DNA from: Octopus bimaculoides
Lineage: Eukaryota
Direction: 5' to 3'
DNA: 64,000 bases
Assembly (NCBI RefSeq): GCF_001194135.2
Contig: NC_069004.1
Span: forward strand, 27,537,021 to 27,601,020
The position numbers and the translations under genes are program-made. Below the pieces are notes generated by a model. That model saw nothing but the letters and a program-made list of their open reading frames with translations. It made no database searches and was not told where the DNA came from. Positions within the stretch are counted from its first letter, which is position 1. Every line of letters begins with the position of its first letter. This document shows positions 25,610 through 39,514 of the stretch, in pieces.

Positions 25610-25782
25610 GCTTCAGGATTGCTTTGTGGAATCTTGTCTCTGACTACATTTTGAGTTCAAATTCCACCAGGTTTAACTTTGCTTTTCATCCTTCCAAAGT
25701 CAATAAAATAAGTACCAGTCAGGTATTGGCCTCGATGTAATCAACTTGCTCCACAAGGATTATTATTATTATTATTATTATT
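25610..25782 (+). mobile_element. SINE-B2 with (ATT)n tail
   Basis: GAGTTCAAATTCCACC..TTTTCATCCTTCC..ATAAGTACCAGTC; (ATT)n at 25759-25782. Confidence 0.8.
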
Positions 25783-26514
25783 TTATGTTTGACTTTTGTT
25801 TTGCATTTGTACAAGTTGGATCCAAGTCTCACCCAGAGACCTCAAGAGACAACAAGTTAGAAGTTCATGTAGGTGTTATGCCTAGGGTACCATATATTTG
25901 GATTTGTACAGTTTTGTTCAAGTGAATGTTTAAGAAACCATAAGAAAATTATGTTTGCTTTAAAATTTGAGATCACATAGACAGTATTTTACGTAGGATA
26001 TGGGCAGTTCCCATGAGCACTATCTTTTGGACTTCAGCCATTTTGGGGTTTCCTGGTATNNNNNNNNNNNNNNNNNNNNNNNNNNNNNNNNNNNNNNNNN
26101 NNNNNNNNNNNNNNNNNNNNNNNNNNNNNNNNNNNNNNNNNNNNNNNNNNNNNNNNNNNNNNNNNNNNNNNNNNNNNNNAGATTCCACATTTTGCTAATT
26201 TCTATTTCAAGATCTTTATATTTGCTCAGTTTTTGGTAGGTCTTGACAGATACGTTTATATCAATTGGGACAGTCATATCAATGAGGAGGCATGATTTTT
26301 GTCTGAAGTCTTTCAGTATGATGTCTGGCCTATTTGCGTCTATCTTTCTGTCAGTTTGAATGGTGAAGTTCCAGAGGAGTGCAATGTGATCATTTTCAAG
26401 TACTGGGGGTGGTTTGTGTTCCCACCAGTTTTTATCATGGGGCAAGTCCAGGTTTTTGCATATTACCCAGTGAATATATTGTGCAGCTCTATCATGCCTG
26501 TTGAGATACTCTGT

Positions 26515-26516
<2 letters not shown>
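25783..26516 (-). mobile_element. R4/Dong-clade non-LTR retrotransposon, 5'-truncated, RLE domain and 3' UTR
   Basis: TEYLNRHDRAAQYIHWVICK..WWEHKP..LLWNFTIQTDRKIDANRPDIILKD..LIDMTVP..KLSKYKDLEIEISKMW..VQKIVLMGTAHILRKILSM*; no stops on either side of the gap; (TAA)n on both flanks. Confidence 0.93.
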
Positions 26517-26550
<34 letters not shown>

Positions 26551-26552
<2 letters not shown>

Positions 26553-26950
26553 GGCAGCAATGCTGGCAGAATCATTAGCATGCCAGGTAGAATGCTTAAC
26601 AGCATTTCCTCTATCTTCATGTTCTGAGTTCAAATTCTACCAAGGTCAATATTGCCTTTCATCTTTTTCAGGTTGATAAAATAAGTACCAGCTGACTGCT
26701 GGAGTTGATGTAATCAAGTTACACCCTCCCCCCAAATTTCAGGCCTTGTGCCTATGATAGAAAGGGTTATTATTATTATTATTACTATTATTATTAAAGC
26801 AGCAAGCTGGCAGAGTCGTGAGCATGCCGGGCAAAAACCTTAACAGCACCTCATCCCGCTTTTCATTCAGAGTTCAAATTCTACTGAGGTTGACTTTGTC
26901 ATCCTTTTTGGGTTGATAAATTAAGTACCAGTGAAATACTGATTCAATGT
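26551..26950 (+). mobile_element. Tandem SINE-B2 copies separated by (ATT)n
   Basis: Copies at ~26551-26765 and 26797-26950. Confidence 0.85.
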
Positions 26951-27269
26951 AAAAGATACTAAGGTCAGCAGTGGTGCAAGCTTGGCTGTTTGGTTGAGGC
27001 ATTTGTTTCACAACAACATGGTTCTGAGTAAAGTTCTTACCTATAAACTTAATTCACTTTAAAATTAGTGTTAGATGACACATCTTCACCATCTTGCTTC
27101 TCTTTCAACTGGGGTAACTATGTGTCTTCCCTACAGCAAGACCCCTGCTCCTGTCCCCTATTGTACTGTACCCTCTCATCACCTGGTATAAAGCCGCTTC
27201 CCAAAATGCTACTTCCACCCTTTCATTAAGGGGTTGTGTTTTGCGAGTTAGTTTGTAACGTCTCTAGAG

Positions 27270-27442
27270 CTGATATCCTGTGAAAGGCACTCAGTGGTTG
27301 GAATAAGGAAGGGCGTCCAGATGTAAACAACCATGTCAAAGCAGGCGATGAAATCTGGAACAGTCCCATGGTTTGTCTGCTCTTGTTGCACCTTCCAACC
27401 CATGCCAGCATGGAAGACAAATGTTGAATGATGATGATGATG
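27270..27442 (+). mobile_element. SINE family C' 3' part, diverged
   Basis: GGAAGGGCGTCCAGATGTAAA..CCAACCCATGCCAGCATGGAAG..(GAT)n. Confidence 0.7.
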
Positions 27443-27641
27443 TAATCAAAAATATTCTTGTGAATCTTAGTTACATTTTGCTTGATATTTCTATTTGTCC
27501 TCCGTCCCCCCCACTCTGGGTTGTACAAAATATCGATTAGCAGCACATGTACTAAATATTCCTTGAAGTGAACATTATGATGTTAGAGTAATTTTAATAT
27601 TGTACAAATGAAATAGCACTAAAAGAGTGAATCTCTATATC

Positions 27642-27678
<37 letters not shown>

Positions 27679-27694
27679 NNNNNNNNNNNNNNNN

Positions 27695-27751
<57 letters not shown>

Positions 27752-28267
27752 CCTGGTGCATTACTTGTTTGAAAATAAAATTTCATTGAAGATTCCACTT
27801 CCAAGCCCCTCTTGCTTTGCTGACGTTAATGGTCAGATACAGAAGCAATGTGGTTGCCAAAGTGACTGGCACTAGTTCAATTATACATTTATTTGAGGTT
27901 TTTAAAGAAATTTTCTCTCAAGTTCGTCATGACCAGCGATTGAGTTGCCACTTGAACTCCGAAACCATCAACTGAAAAAGATTATAGAACAAGTATGGAG
28001 AAGGCGTTGCATTTTATTTCAATAAATACTATTAAGAACTGGCAAATGTCCTTGCTGGTGACACAAGAATTGGATACCAAATCTACTTTCACTATCCTGT
28101 TAGATTGGAGAGAAATTATTTATTTATTGCAGTTAAAAGAAAAAAAAACATACAAAAATAAAGAAATTACATGCTGTCTCTATAAAAATAATTTTAGCTA
28201 TCTAAGCCAAGACATAAACTTATACATAAGCACAAGTTATGTAATTTATACATGTTTAACTTTGTGA

Positions 28268-28321
<54 letters not shown>

Positions 28322-28432
28322 NNNNNNNNNNNNNNNNNNNNNNNNNNNNNNNNNNNNNNNNNNNNNNNNNNNNNNNNNNNNNNNNNNNNNNNNNNNNNNN
28401 NNNNNNNNNNNNNNNNNNNNNNNNNNNNNNNN

Positions 28433-28495
<63 letters not shown>

Positions 28496-28904
28496 TACAC
28501 ATGATGAATGTTTATTATATCCACATGCACTCTTTCACGTTAAATGCCTCCATAAACTGATATTTAACTCATGGTTCGGTAGCATTAAGCAAGTGTGGAT
28601 TTCTCTTTTCTTGGATAAGATGGAACATTTATCACAGGTAACATTTTCAAAAGATCCAGTAACTATTCCCAAATAGCTAGCTTGAACTAAGGTAAGAAAA
28701 ATTAAATGCCTTCTATTGAGACAAAATAAAAATGAAATCCATTACCTTATCCACTCATCTATATTACACATTCATATATATGTTGTATATGTGTGTGTAT
28801 GTGGGTGTATATATATATATATATATATATATATGCATGTCTGTATGTATGTGTACATGTATATATGTGTATACATATGCATGAATGGAAGTATGTGTGT
28901 GTGA

Positions 28905-28950
<46 letters not shown>

Positions 28951-29820
28951 ATATATATGTATATATATATGTATNNNNNNNNNNNNNNNNNNNNNNNNNN
29001 NNNNNNNNNNNNNNNNNNNNNNNNNNNNNNNNNNNNNNNNNNNNNNNNNNNNNNNNNNNNNNNNNNNNNNNNNNNNNNNNNNNNNNNNNNNNNNNNNNNN
29101 NNNNNNNNNNNNNNNNNNNNNNNNNNNNNNNNNNNNNNNNNNNNNNNNNNNNNNNNNNNNNNNNNNNNNNNNNNNNNNNNNNNNNNNNNNNNNNNNNNNN
29201 NNNNNNNNNNNNNNNNNNNNNNNNNNNNNNNNNNNNNNNNNNNNNNNNNNNNNNNNNNNNNNNNNNNNNNNNNNNNNNNNNNNNNNNNNNNNNNNNNNNN
29301 NNNNNNNNNNNNNNNNNNNNNNNNNNNNNNNNNNNNNNNNNNNNNNNNNNNNNNNNNNNNNNNNNNNNNNNNNNNNNNNNNNNNNNNNNNNNNNNNNNNN
29401 NNNNNNNNNNNNNNNNNNNNNNNNNNNNNNNNNNNNNNNNNNNNNNNNNNNNNNNNNNNNNNNNNNNNNNNNNNNNNNNNNNNNNNNNNNNNNNNNNNNN
29501 NNNNNNNNNNNNNNNNNNNNNNNNNNNNNNNNNNNNNNNNNNNNNNNNNNNNNNNNNNNNNNNNNNNNNNNNNNNNNNNNNNNNNNNNNNNNNNNNNNNN
29601 NNNNNNNNNNNNNNNNNNNNNNNNNNNNNNNNNNNNNNNNNNNNNNNNNNNNNNNNNNNNNNNNNNNNNNNNNNNNNNNNNNNNNNNNNNNNNNNNNNNN
29701 NNNNNNNNNNNNNNNNNNNNNNNNNNNNNNNNNNNNNNNNNNNNNNNNNNNNNNNNNNNNNNNNNNNNNNNNNNNNNNNNNNNNNNNNNNNNNNCCCCCC
29801 TCTCTCTCTATATATATACA

Positions 29821-30113
29821 CTCTTTTACTTGTTTCAGTCATTTGACTGTGGCCATGCTGGAACACCGCCTTTAGTTGAGCAAATCGACCCCAGGACTTA
29901 TTCTTTGTAAGCCTAGTACTTATTCTATCGGTCTCTTTTGCCAAACCGCTAGGTTATGGGGACGTAAACACACAAGCATCGGTTGTCAAGCGATGTTGGG
30001 GTGACAAACACAGACACACAAACATACACACACACACACACATATATGTGCTTCTTTCAGTTTCCGTCTACCAAATCCACTCACAAGGCTTCGGTCGGCC
30101 CGAGGCTATAGTA
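29821..30113 (-). mobile_element. SINE family A, head truncated, little diverged
   Basis: Near-identical to 24881-25265. Confidence 0.9.
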
Positions 30114-30350
30114 GCCCATTATATATAGTGTGTGTGTTTGTGTGTTAGTTGTAAACAAGTGTCATTGTCGTGCAAGTGGTATCCATTGTTTCTAATCTTT
30201 CATGAAAATATGTCTGGGGAAATATTACCTTACTTGGAAATAGCTGAGGGTTAGCGAGAGGAAAGGCATCCTACCATAGAAAATCTGCCTTAATAATCTC
30301 TATCCAACTCATGCGACCACAGAGGAAAGTGGACATTAAAATGATGATGA

Positions 30351-30352
<2 letters not shown>

Positions 30353-30424
<72 letters not shown>
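30353..30424. repeat. (CA)n microsatellite after a SINE-C tail (30115-30350)
   Basis: Read directly. Confidence 0.95.
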
Positions 30425-30426
<2 letters not shown>

Positions 30427-30840
30427 CGTTCAAAGCTCCACCATAGCTGCAGCCTTTGACGGTAGTCATGGTGGAACATTACTGATACAAGTAAAAAGGA
30501 TTGTCATGTTTTCGTACACACTTTCTGTGTTTATATATCTGTATGTTTCTCTTTCATAACAAAATTGTCTGTGTCTCAATTTAGTTTCAAAATAATTCAA
30601 GACCGGGATGTGTTCAGTGAAATAAATCTAACATTTTTATTTATTCATACTTTAATCTATTCAGCTCTCATTGAACAAGCCTATGATCAAAGGTGTTTCC
30701 ACTCTTACCATCTCAGTTTTTTTTTTCCAGACTTAGCACATCTAAGATTACATAATTTAATGTATCCTTCTTTTTTGGGATGTTTGGGATTTCAAGGAAA
30801 TTTGGCTGTTATTTTTAGTAGGTCAGATAATCATGTAGAG

Positions 30841-31139
30841 CAGGGGTTCTCAACTAGGATCCATATGGACCTTTGGGGTCCATATAAGATTTTTGAGGTC
30901 TACAGATGCAATATAGTAAATTGGGGGTCCACAGTAATTTTTCAGGGGTCATGAAAAAACTGTGCTTCAGACCAATAAAGTTTATGTACAATAAATTGGT
31001 TATATACCCACAATACACAAAATATTTTAAATTTCATACAAGTCTTTATAATATTTAATTATAAAAATGCAATAGGATTTTTTAAACATCAAACAGGAAT
31101 CAAAGGGTTTCATAGGTAAGAAATGGTTCAGAACCCTTG
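30841..31139. mobile_element. hAT-type MITE, 299 bp, with 8-bp TSD
   Basis: TIRs CAGGGGTTCTCAAC / GTTCAGAACCCTTG; perfect TSD ATGTAGAG at 30833-30840 and 31140-31147. Confidence 0.92.
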
Positions 31140-31284
31140 ATGTAGAGGCTCCAACTTATGTCATCAATATGAATAATACAATTTAACTATTGAATAATTC
31201 TAGATATAATATATTGATTAATTCCATATAAGGCAAATATATTGATTAATTCCATATAAAGCAGTGTGACATTATTAGTGTAGT

Positions 31285-31480
31285 GAAAGGTAGCATGCCG
31301 GGTGAAATGCTTAGCGGTATTTCGTCTGTTTTTACGTTCTGAGTTCAAATTCCACCGAGGTCAACTTTGCCTTTCATCCTTTCAGGGTCGATAAATTAAG
31401 TACCAGTTGCATACTGCGGTCAATCTAATCAACTGACTCCCTCCACCAAAATTGCAAGCCTTGTGCTTAGAGTAGAAAAG
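31285..31480 (+). mobile_element. SINE-B2, 5'-truncated, with TSD
   Basis: ATTATTAGTGT at 31271-31281 and 31481-31491. Confidence 0.88.
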
Positions 31481-32097
31481 ATTATTAGTGTGCTGAAGCA
31501 ACCAACAATGATAAGGAAGAGATTTCATAATTTAAGTTTGAATCAAATTAAAATACAGGTACACCACTCACTGCAGATACCATCTTAAAATACTATGCAT
31601 TCTGATGTAAAGATCTTAACTTGGAAGGTGGTCAGTATAGTGGGTTTTTTTACACTGTAGAAGTGACAGGGAAATAATGTTTTAAGTTCTGGATTCTCAC
31701 TTTTTAATTTCGTCTCATCTGCTGTTTATATCTTTACATATCACTTTGCTTTCATAGTGAGTGTGTGTTTGTGGGTGTGTATGAACAATTCATGTCAGTA
31801 TAGAATGAAGTAAAATGACGATAATATGCAAGCGCACATGCATATATTATTTGTGTGCATGCACACAAATATACTCACTTGCATATATACACCCATTTTA
31901 ATTGGCTGAAATGTTTCAAAAGTGTTTCAATGGCTGAACATTTTGTGTAAGGCTCTTACAAAACTCATGTATGTGTGTTTAACATGTGTATATGTGTGAG
32001 ATGTATACATAACAAACATGCACACACTTGTTTGTACATTTGTGTATAAATGTATACATATACACATATAATTAAAATAGATCTCATTTCTTCTTAG

Positions 32098-32500
32098 CTC
32101 TTACTCTTTTACTCTTTTACTTGTTCAGTCATTTGACTGTGGCCATGCTGGAGCACCACCTTTAGTCGAGCAAATTGACCCCAGGACTTATTCTTTGGAA
32201 GCCTTGTACTTATTCTACCGGTATCTTTTGCCGAACCGCTAAGCTACGGGGACATAAACACACCACCATCGGTTGTCAAGCGATGTTGGGGGGACAAACA
32301 CAGACATATACACACACATATATATCCATCTATACGACGGGCTTCTTTCAGTTTTCCGTCTACCAAATCCACTCACAAGGCTTTGGTCGACCTGAGACTA
32401 TAGAAGAAGACACTTGCCCAAGGTGCCACGCAGTGGGAATGAACCTGGAACCATGTGGTTGGTAAACAAGCTACTTACCACACAGCCACTCCAGCGCCTA
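32098..32500 (-). mobile_element. SINE family A, full length, little diverged
   Basis: Complete; flanks carry a direct repeat (TATACACATATAATTAAAATAGAT..TTTCTTCTTAGC) on both sides. Confidence 0.92.
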
Positions 32501-35264
32501 TATACACATATAATTAAAATAGATTTGGTTTCTTCTTAGCTATTTTAAAATTCTTCAGTTATTTTTAAATTCGACAGATTTATTTAGCTCTTTTACATAA
32601 ATATGATCACCTGCTTGTAAATCTGCTGCTGCAGCTGAACAACTTCGGTCTACTGAGAAACCTTCTAAGCAAGTCATGATACTGTACTTTCTGAATAAGC
32701 ACTCTACAATATTTAGGATCTCTTCAGAATTCTCTACCTCAACCAAAGTTTATTTATATTTAAATGCTTACTTGAAAAATCCTTCAGCAAGTTATCTTTC
32801 TCAAAAATGTACAATTGGCTATCTTAGTCTATAAATATTTGCAAGGCTATGTACCTCAGTTGGCACGGTGGCCAGCTGAAAGCTTTTATCTTGACATTCA
32901 TGGTCTTTTCCTCTGCTAAAACCAATTTGCATTGACCTTGCTGTTTCCATTTCTCGTTTCAGTAAATTTACTCTGAAAGCGATGTTCTCCTCTAATATCA
33001 GAAAATTGCTATATCGTATATGAACATGCAACGAAAGCGAAGTTCATATACACAAAAATGTGCTGATGATTTGGAAGTCAAATGGCATAGAGACAAGCAT
33101 TAGAAATACAGAGCAAACTAGTTAAGATAGATCTAAGAATATTTTAAATTATTAACTTAGAAAGTATCAAATGTCAGTTGTAAGAATAAGAAGAATATAT
33201 AACAGTACTGTGAAATAAAAAAATAAAAAAAGAGATACATAAAACTATGTGAAAAAATTACCAATAATTACTGATAATGGTTGTAAAAGTGTCAGAAAGA
33301 GTTAGTTGATTTAATGTCCAAAAATAAATGTTGAGCTGGGAAGCTCCATCACTCTTGAAATCTGAAGAATATCTTAGTTGCATCTCTGTTCCACTTCATT
33401 GTTAAGCACATTGAGCATTGATAAAGAGAATTATTCATGTTATCACAGTTGCATTTAGAGTTTCCACTTTTGATTTTTTTTTTTTTGCTTTTTATTTTAT
33501 ATTTTACAGTTATTTTTTTTTTAAAGGTAGCTATTGAAGATGTTATAAGTCAATTTCTATTTAAACCATTATCATCATCATCATCATCATCATTGTTTTA
33601 ACATCCACTTTCCATGCAAGATTGGATCAGTCAAAACTAATCGAGGCACTTTTTTTCTATGACGAGATGCCTTTATTTTCATTGCCCTTCACTTGTTTCC
33701 AACGTATTATTCCTCTTAGTTGTCCGAGTTGTTTTCACACGCAGTACTTTGAGAGAGTATTCTCCACCACACCAATAGCAGCTTACCAACAAATACACGA
33801 AGCTTATGCATTAAGCATATGTGGTTGATAATGTTTATTACACTACTACTGCTTTTATTTCACATTTAAATTTATTCTTACTTATTCTATATCTATCTAT
33901 ATTATATTATATTATATTATATTATATTATATATAATCAACACATTCACAAATTTCTTTTTCAAATATATACAAAAATGTTTTTTTTTTTTTATTTGCTT
34001 TCACATTCATTTATATTTGCATAAACTAGACCAGGAGAGACTAAGAACTACTGAATCCTTTCTTTGGTTTGTCCTAGAGCAGCCTGTTCCAACTCCCGTC
34101 TCTTCCCCCGGTTCATCCAGTTTTCTCATTTTCATCTTGTGCCACCTTTTCTCTCCTTTCCTTAATTTTCTTTTCACTTCACTACCATTCTTAGATAATC
34201 ACATCTAAGTATAATATCTTCCACCAGAAGTACCAAAAAAAAGTGAAAAAAGAAACCCAACTAAATAAATAAAATACAATAAATAATAAATGGCTAAAAT
34301 AAATATAAAAAAAGCCAAGTAAAACTTACAAAAAATGATATCAATCCTGTTGAGACAGACCCTGTTTTCTTTGCCCAGCAGCTGTCATTGTCAGTTACTG
34401 CTCAAAATATATTTCTTATTTATCTAAACTTTGGGTTTCTTTTTTTTTTATACCTTTTTTTTTTGGAGCTCTTTATGTTGTGTGTCCCAATTGACAACTA
34501 CATTACCACATACATAACTACATTCCTTGCATTATTTTGCACTCCAACTTTAAAAGACATGTTAATGTTTGCTGCTGTTTGTTGTTCTACAGTATTTCAA
34601 TACACAATAATGTGTTTCTTTGGGGGTGGGGGATGGTGTGCAGGGTTTTTCTGAATTGATTAACATGACTAGAATGCTAAAATTGAAGTATGTTGCAAAG
34701 AAGCTTATCCTGAACCTAAATTTAAATGTTGGTTCTTTGCTGAATTACTTTCCATGGTTGTGTGGTTAAGAAGTTTGATTCCTTCCCATGTGGTCTTGGG
34801 TTCAGTCCCATTGTTGTGCCACTTTGGACAAGTGTTTTCTAGTAGCCCCAGCCTTGTAACTGGATACCTGTCATATGTGTTTGTGTATTCCTTTGCCTTG
34901 ACATCATGTAATCGTATGTGAGCATTGTTTGCTACCAGTCTTCCATGAAAATTGTGTAACCATGAGATGAATATTACACCGCTTCGAAATAGGTCAGGGT
35001 TGGCCTACAGGAAGGGCATCTAGCTGTAGAAAACCTGCCTCAATTCCATGCAAGCGAAGTGGATGCAAAATGATGAGAATGATGATTTCACAGCCATCAT
35101 GTTGTTGTTTTGTTTGGCCTCAGATCAGTCCTGATTAAGAAGACCTATGATGACAGTTTTTTTTTCCAGCTGTGGCTATCCCATCTTTTGTGAGAGCATT
35201 TAAGGATATGTATCCTGTCATGTCCAAAACCATTTTCTAGGGCGCAATTGTAGGAATGTAGGTG

Positions 35265-35885
35265 TAGGCATGGCTGTGTGACAAGAAGTTTGCTTCCGAA
35301 TCACTTGGTTCCGGGTTTAGTTCGAGTGCCTTCTATTATAGCCTCAGACTGACCAAAGCCAACTGAGTAGATTTCATAGATAGAAACTGAAAGAAAGGCA
35401 GTGAGCTGGCAGAACCATTAGCACGCCAGGCGAAATGCTAAGCGGTATTTTGTCTGCTGTTACGTTCTGAGTTCAAATTCCGCCGAGGTCGACTTGGCCT
35501 TTCATTCTTTCGGGGTCGATAAATTAAGTACCAGTTACGCACTGGGGTCGATGTAATCGACTTAATCCGTTTGCCTGCCCTTGTTTGTCCCCTCTATGTT
35601 TAGCCCCTTGTGGGCAATAAAGAAATAGGAAACAGAAAGAAACTCATCATAGATAAATATATATCTTTGTGTGTCTTTGTGTTTGTCCACCACCACCACC
35701 ACTTGACAACTGGTATTTGTTAATTTAAGTCCCCTTAACTTAGCGGTTCAGCAAAAAAATGGATTGATAGAATAAGTACAAGACTTAAAAAAAAAATATT
35801 GGGATCAATTTGTGTGATTAAACCTTTTGAGGCTATGCTCCAGCGCAGCTGTACTCCAATGACTGAAACCAGTAAAAGGTAAAAA
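35265..35885 (+). mobile_element. SINE-A with nested SINE-B1 (35396-35628)
   Basis: B1 flanked by GAAAC(T/A)GAAAGAA at 35383-35395 and 35629-35641. Confidence 0.9.
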
Positions 35886-37559
35886 AATAAGCTAAAAACC
35901 TTAACCTGACAAAATACTGAACTGGACAGGTTTGAGCACTGCAGCTCTTCTGTGTGTAATGGTGAACAGCAACCAGTGATGTCTGCCAGAGCATTTGAAG
36001 TGGCTTTTCAAAGATTGGTTGCTACTCCAGATTATCTGTAGTATTAAAACCACTAGGCACATGGCCTAGTGGTTAGGCTGTTGCACTCACAATTGTTAGA
36101 TTGTAGGTTTGATTCCCAGACTGGATAACACATTGTGTTCTTGAGCAAAGCACTTCCATTTCATGTTGCTTTAGTTCCCCTTCGATCGGGGGTGGGAGAT
36201 ATGGAATGTTGGCCTGCTTGCCTAGCCAGTAGGGTAGCAACACATTGTGACCAGCAATGTGTAAAAGCATCTGGTCGGTCATGTGATCACATGATTAAAA
36301 TTGTGTTGATGTCGATAACATTATCCAGTTTGCTCATTTTGTTATTTAATACAATAAGTAGAGATTTGAGGGAGTTTTCGCTGCATTTCTGAGCTTATTA
36401 AGCATCCATAAAATCTTCCCCTGCTATTGTTATTGCTATTTTTAGCCCCAGGTCAACTTTGTTTGAACATTCCAACCATGATCATCTTGTCTTGTTTTCA
36501 GAAATAGCATATCTGTGATTACATTATCCAAAGAGTTCTTTCTTCATTTTTTTTTTTTTTTTTTGTAAATGGTAGGGTGTTGTTTGAGGGAGATTTGGCT
36601 GCAATTTCTTGCAAGTTCAGCCACTACTTAGTGACTCTCCTGTTTGTTTATAACTAGCTGGAGGCAGTCAAGTAATGGGAAACGTGATGGTGGAATAATG
36701 AAGTAAATAAAATTCTCAGAGATAAGCAATATGTTCAGAGAGAACTGAAGGGGGGCGGGGAGAGAAGAAAAAAAAGAAAGATTAGAGTTTTATAGCTAGG
36801 AGGAGCTAGATATTGGGTTTACCTAGTTTGGAGAAAAGCAGCTTTGCTAATTTCCTACATCATAAAGATAAAAGATCTGATATGTTTGGTGTTGGTTCAG
36901 TGGTTGTGAAGATTGGGGAAATAGGATAACAATCAATAAAAAGAAGTATGCCAGAGAAGGATGTAGAGCAGTATAGGAAGATGGCTTGGAAGTGCCAGTA
37001 TGAGAGGTTGCTAAAAAGAGGGTAGGGTCCAAGTAGGATGTAAGTCTGCCTTACCAGTGTAGCCAGTTAGGGAAGTAGGGGACTAAAGTAATTAGGAACC
37101 AAAAGAAGGATTTGGGATGCTGACAAGTATTGAGGACAAGTTGATGATAGCGTATTTAATAACCCTTTTGATATCAATCTGAAACATGGTCCTAGTTCTG
37201 ATACAAACTTCCTGTTTTAAAATGATCCAAATTAAAACCTTCCATCAGAAGTTTATAGTGTTCCAAATTCCAGATTAATAATATATTCTAATTTAGGTAG
37301 AAGGCCAGCAATTTTGAGGGGATGGGATTAACCAATATTTGACTACTACTTTTAAAAAATATTTTTATCAACCCCTGAAAGGCTGGAAAGTAAAGTTGAT
37401 CTCAGTGGAATCTGAACTCAGAACATAGAGTCAGAACAGATACTGCAATGCATTTTTATCCAATGCCTTTAACAATTCTGCTAGTTTATTGCTTTAAATA
37501 CCAGCTCTAAAATGACAGTTATTTTATTAAATTCTTCATTGTCTTCAAAATTAATTGAA

Positions 37560-37880
37560 ATTAATTTCAAAGTGTCTAATGAAAAAGTAATGCCCTGGGC
37601 TGTAGTAAATAGGAAACTGCTTTCTGAGATAAGGGCCAAACAACTGAGATTTCTTTGTCATGTGATGACAAAAGTGGGCCTGGAGAATTTAACGATGACC
37701 AGAAAGATTGAAGGCAAAAGAAGCAGAGGAAGGAGAAGGATGATGTGGATGTCAGGCTTGATATATTGGTTGGAAGAAAGAAGTAATAAATATCAGGAAG
37801 TGGAACTGCTACAGAAAAGGGAAAACAGGATTGTGACAGGACATGATTGCCTATGTCCTGAATTCTGCACATGGCCCCTA
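37560..37880 (+). pseudogene. RTE-clade LINE ORF C-terminus
   Basis: RKLLSEIRAKQLRFLCHVMTKVGLENLTMTRKIEGKRSRGRRRMMW matches the RTE LRxxGHVxR...GKRxRGR C-terminal pattern. Confidence 0.85.
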
Positions 37881-38029
37881 AAAAGAAAGAAAAAAGTATT
37901 TCAACTGAAATATGATAACAGATATGATAACAAGAGTGAATAAACATGTGCAGCCTCATTGGAATGTTTACAAAATATGATGAATTATTTTTGAGAAAGA
38001 AAAGGGAATTGGTTAGAAGTAGGAAATAA

Positions 38030-38620
38030 TAGCCATCGTCATCATCATCATTGGTTTAATGTCCACTTTTCTAGACTTGCATGGGTCCGACAGAATTTGT
38101 TGAAGCAGATTTTCTACAGCTGTATACCCTTCCTGTTGTCAACCCATACTTGTTTCTGAGTAAAGTTAGTCTTTTCCCCATGTCCTGACATATTTTCACG
38201 TAAGATTGGAAACAAGGAGTATGCCTGTGACACTCATTGACAATTTTCATGCGATGGTGACAGTAACACACACACACACACGCAATGGGCATCTTTCAGT
38301 TTCCGTCTTCCAAGTCTAATCACACACAGTCTTTGGCTAGCTTGAGTCTCTAGTAGAACACACTTGCCTAAGGTGCTATGCAGTGGGACTGAACCTCTGC
38401 CGCTACATTCTGAGTTCAAATTCCGCCAAGGTCAACTTTGCCTTTCATCCTTTCGGGGTCGATAAATTAAGTACCAGTTATGCATTGGGGTCGATATAAT
38501 CGACTTAACCCATTTGTCTGTCCTTGTTTGTCCCCTCTGTGTGTAGCCCCTTGTGGGCAATAAAGAAATATGAACCTGAAACCATGTGATTGGAAAGCAA
38601 ATGGCTTAGGCCACAGTCAC
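38030..38620 (-). mobile_element. SINE-C with nested, oppositely oriented SINE-B1 (38397-38570)
   Basis: B1 flanked by TSD TGAACCT (38390-38396, 38571-38577) in the host B-box. Confidence 0.88.
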
Positions 38621-39288
38621 ACCTACACCTGAATTCAGCACTATTATAAACCTGCGAAGGTTTTGCTTGAATATGTTAGACTTCTCTCAATAAAATAGCA
38701 GTTTAATGTCTTCTAAATAAATACATACAAAATCATTCTATGAAAAAATGTCATTAAGAAATATTATTATAATTTTTTTTTTAAAGCAAGCAATATTAAA
38801 AATATCATATATATATATATATAGTTATAAATACAAAACTAGCACAAATCTGATAATATATATAAAAATTATGAATTTCATAAGTTTGTAATTTACTTTA
38901 TATATACATTTCATAATACCTATCTCAATAGAAACATAATTTTAAAAAATCATATAATCTTCACTTTTTGTGATATTTATAAACCCTTTTGTGTAAAACC
39001 CAAAATAATTTATTCTGCTTTTGTACTGAACTGTTTGCGCACACAAAACCATCTATCACTAGTTAGCTTGGATTCAACCATTTCACTTTCTCAATGGAAA
39101 AAGCTGATTAATTCTGTTACTCAGAAAGTAATATATTTGCTCGTGCTGCTGAAGATAACATATTTTTTCATCTATTCTTTTACTGGCTTCAATCATTGGA
39201 CTGTGGCAATCATGGGGATATTGTCTTCAAGGGTTTTAAACCATCATATCAATTTTTTTTCTTCTTCTTAAGCCCTTCACTTCCTTAA

Positions 39289-39510
39289 CCCTTTCGTTAC
39301 TGTATTTATTTTGAGATGCTCTGTGTTTCTTTCACTTAATTTTAAATATAACAAAGAATTTTAGTAAAATAACTTAGTTATCATTAAGCTAGTGTTAGGG
39401 ATATAAATTGTGACTACGGTTTGATGGAAGATTTTAACTCAAAACTTACAAAAACAAGACATTTGTACTCAGGGCCAGGGGTAGTTTCAGCCAGATTAGT
39501 ATCGAAAGGG
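39289..39510. mobile_element. piggyBac-like MITE, 222 bp
   Basis: TTAA|CCCTTTCGTTAC ... GTATCGAAAGGG|TTAA. Confidence 0.9.
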
Positions 39511-39514
39511 TTAA

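Noticed and set aside
31209-31262. 28-bp tandem duplication (similar ~55-bp duplication at 62860-62945)
   Set aside because: Ordinary slippage duplications with no further structure.
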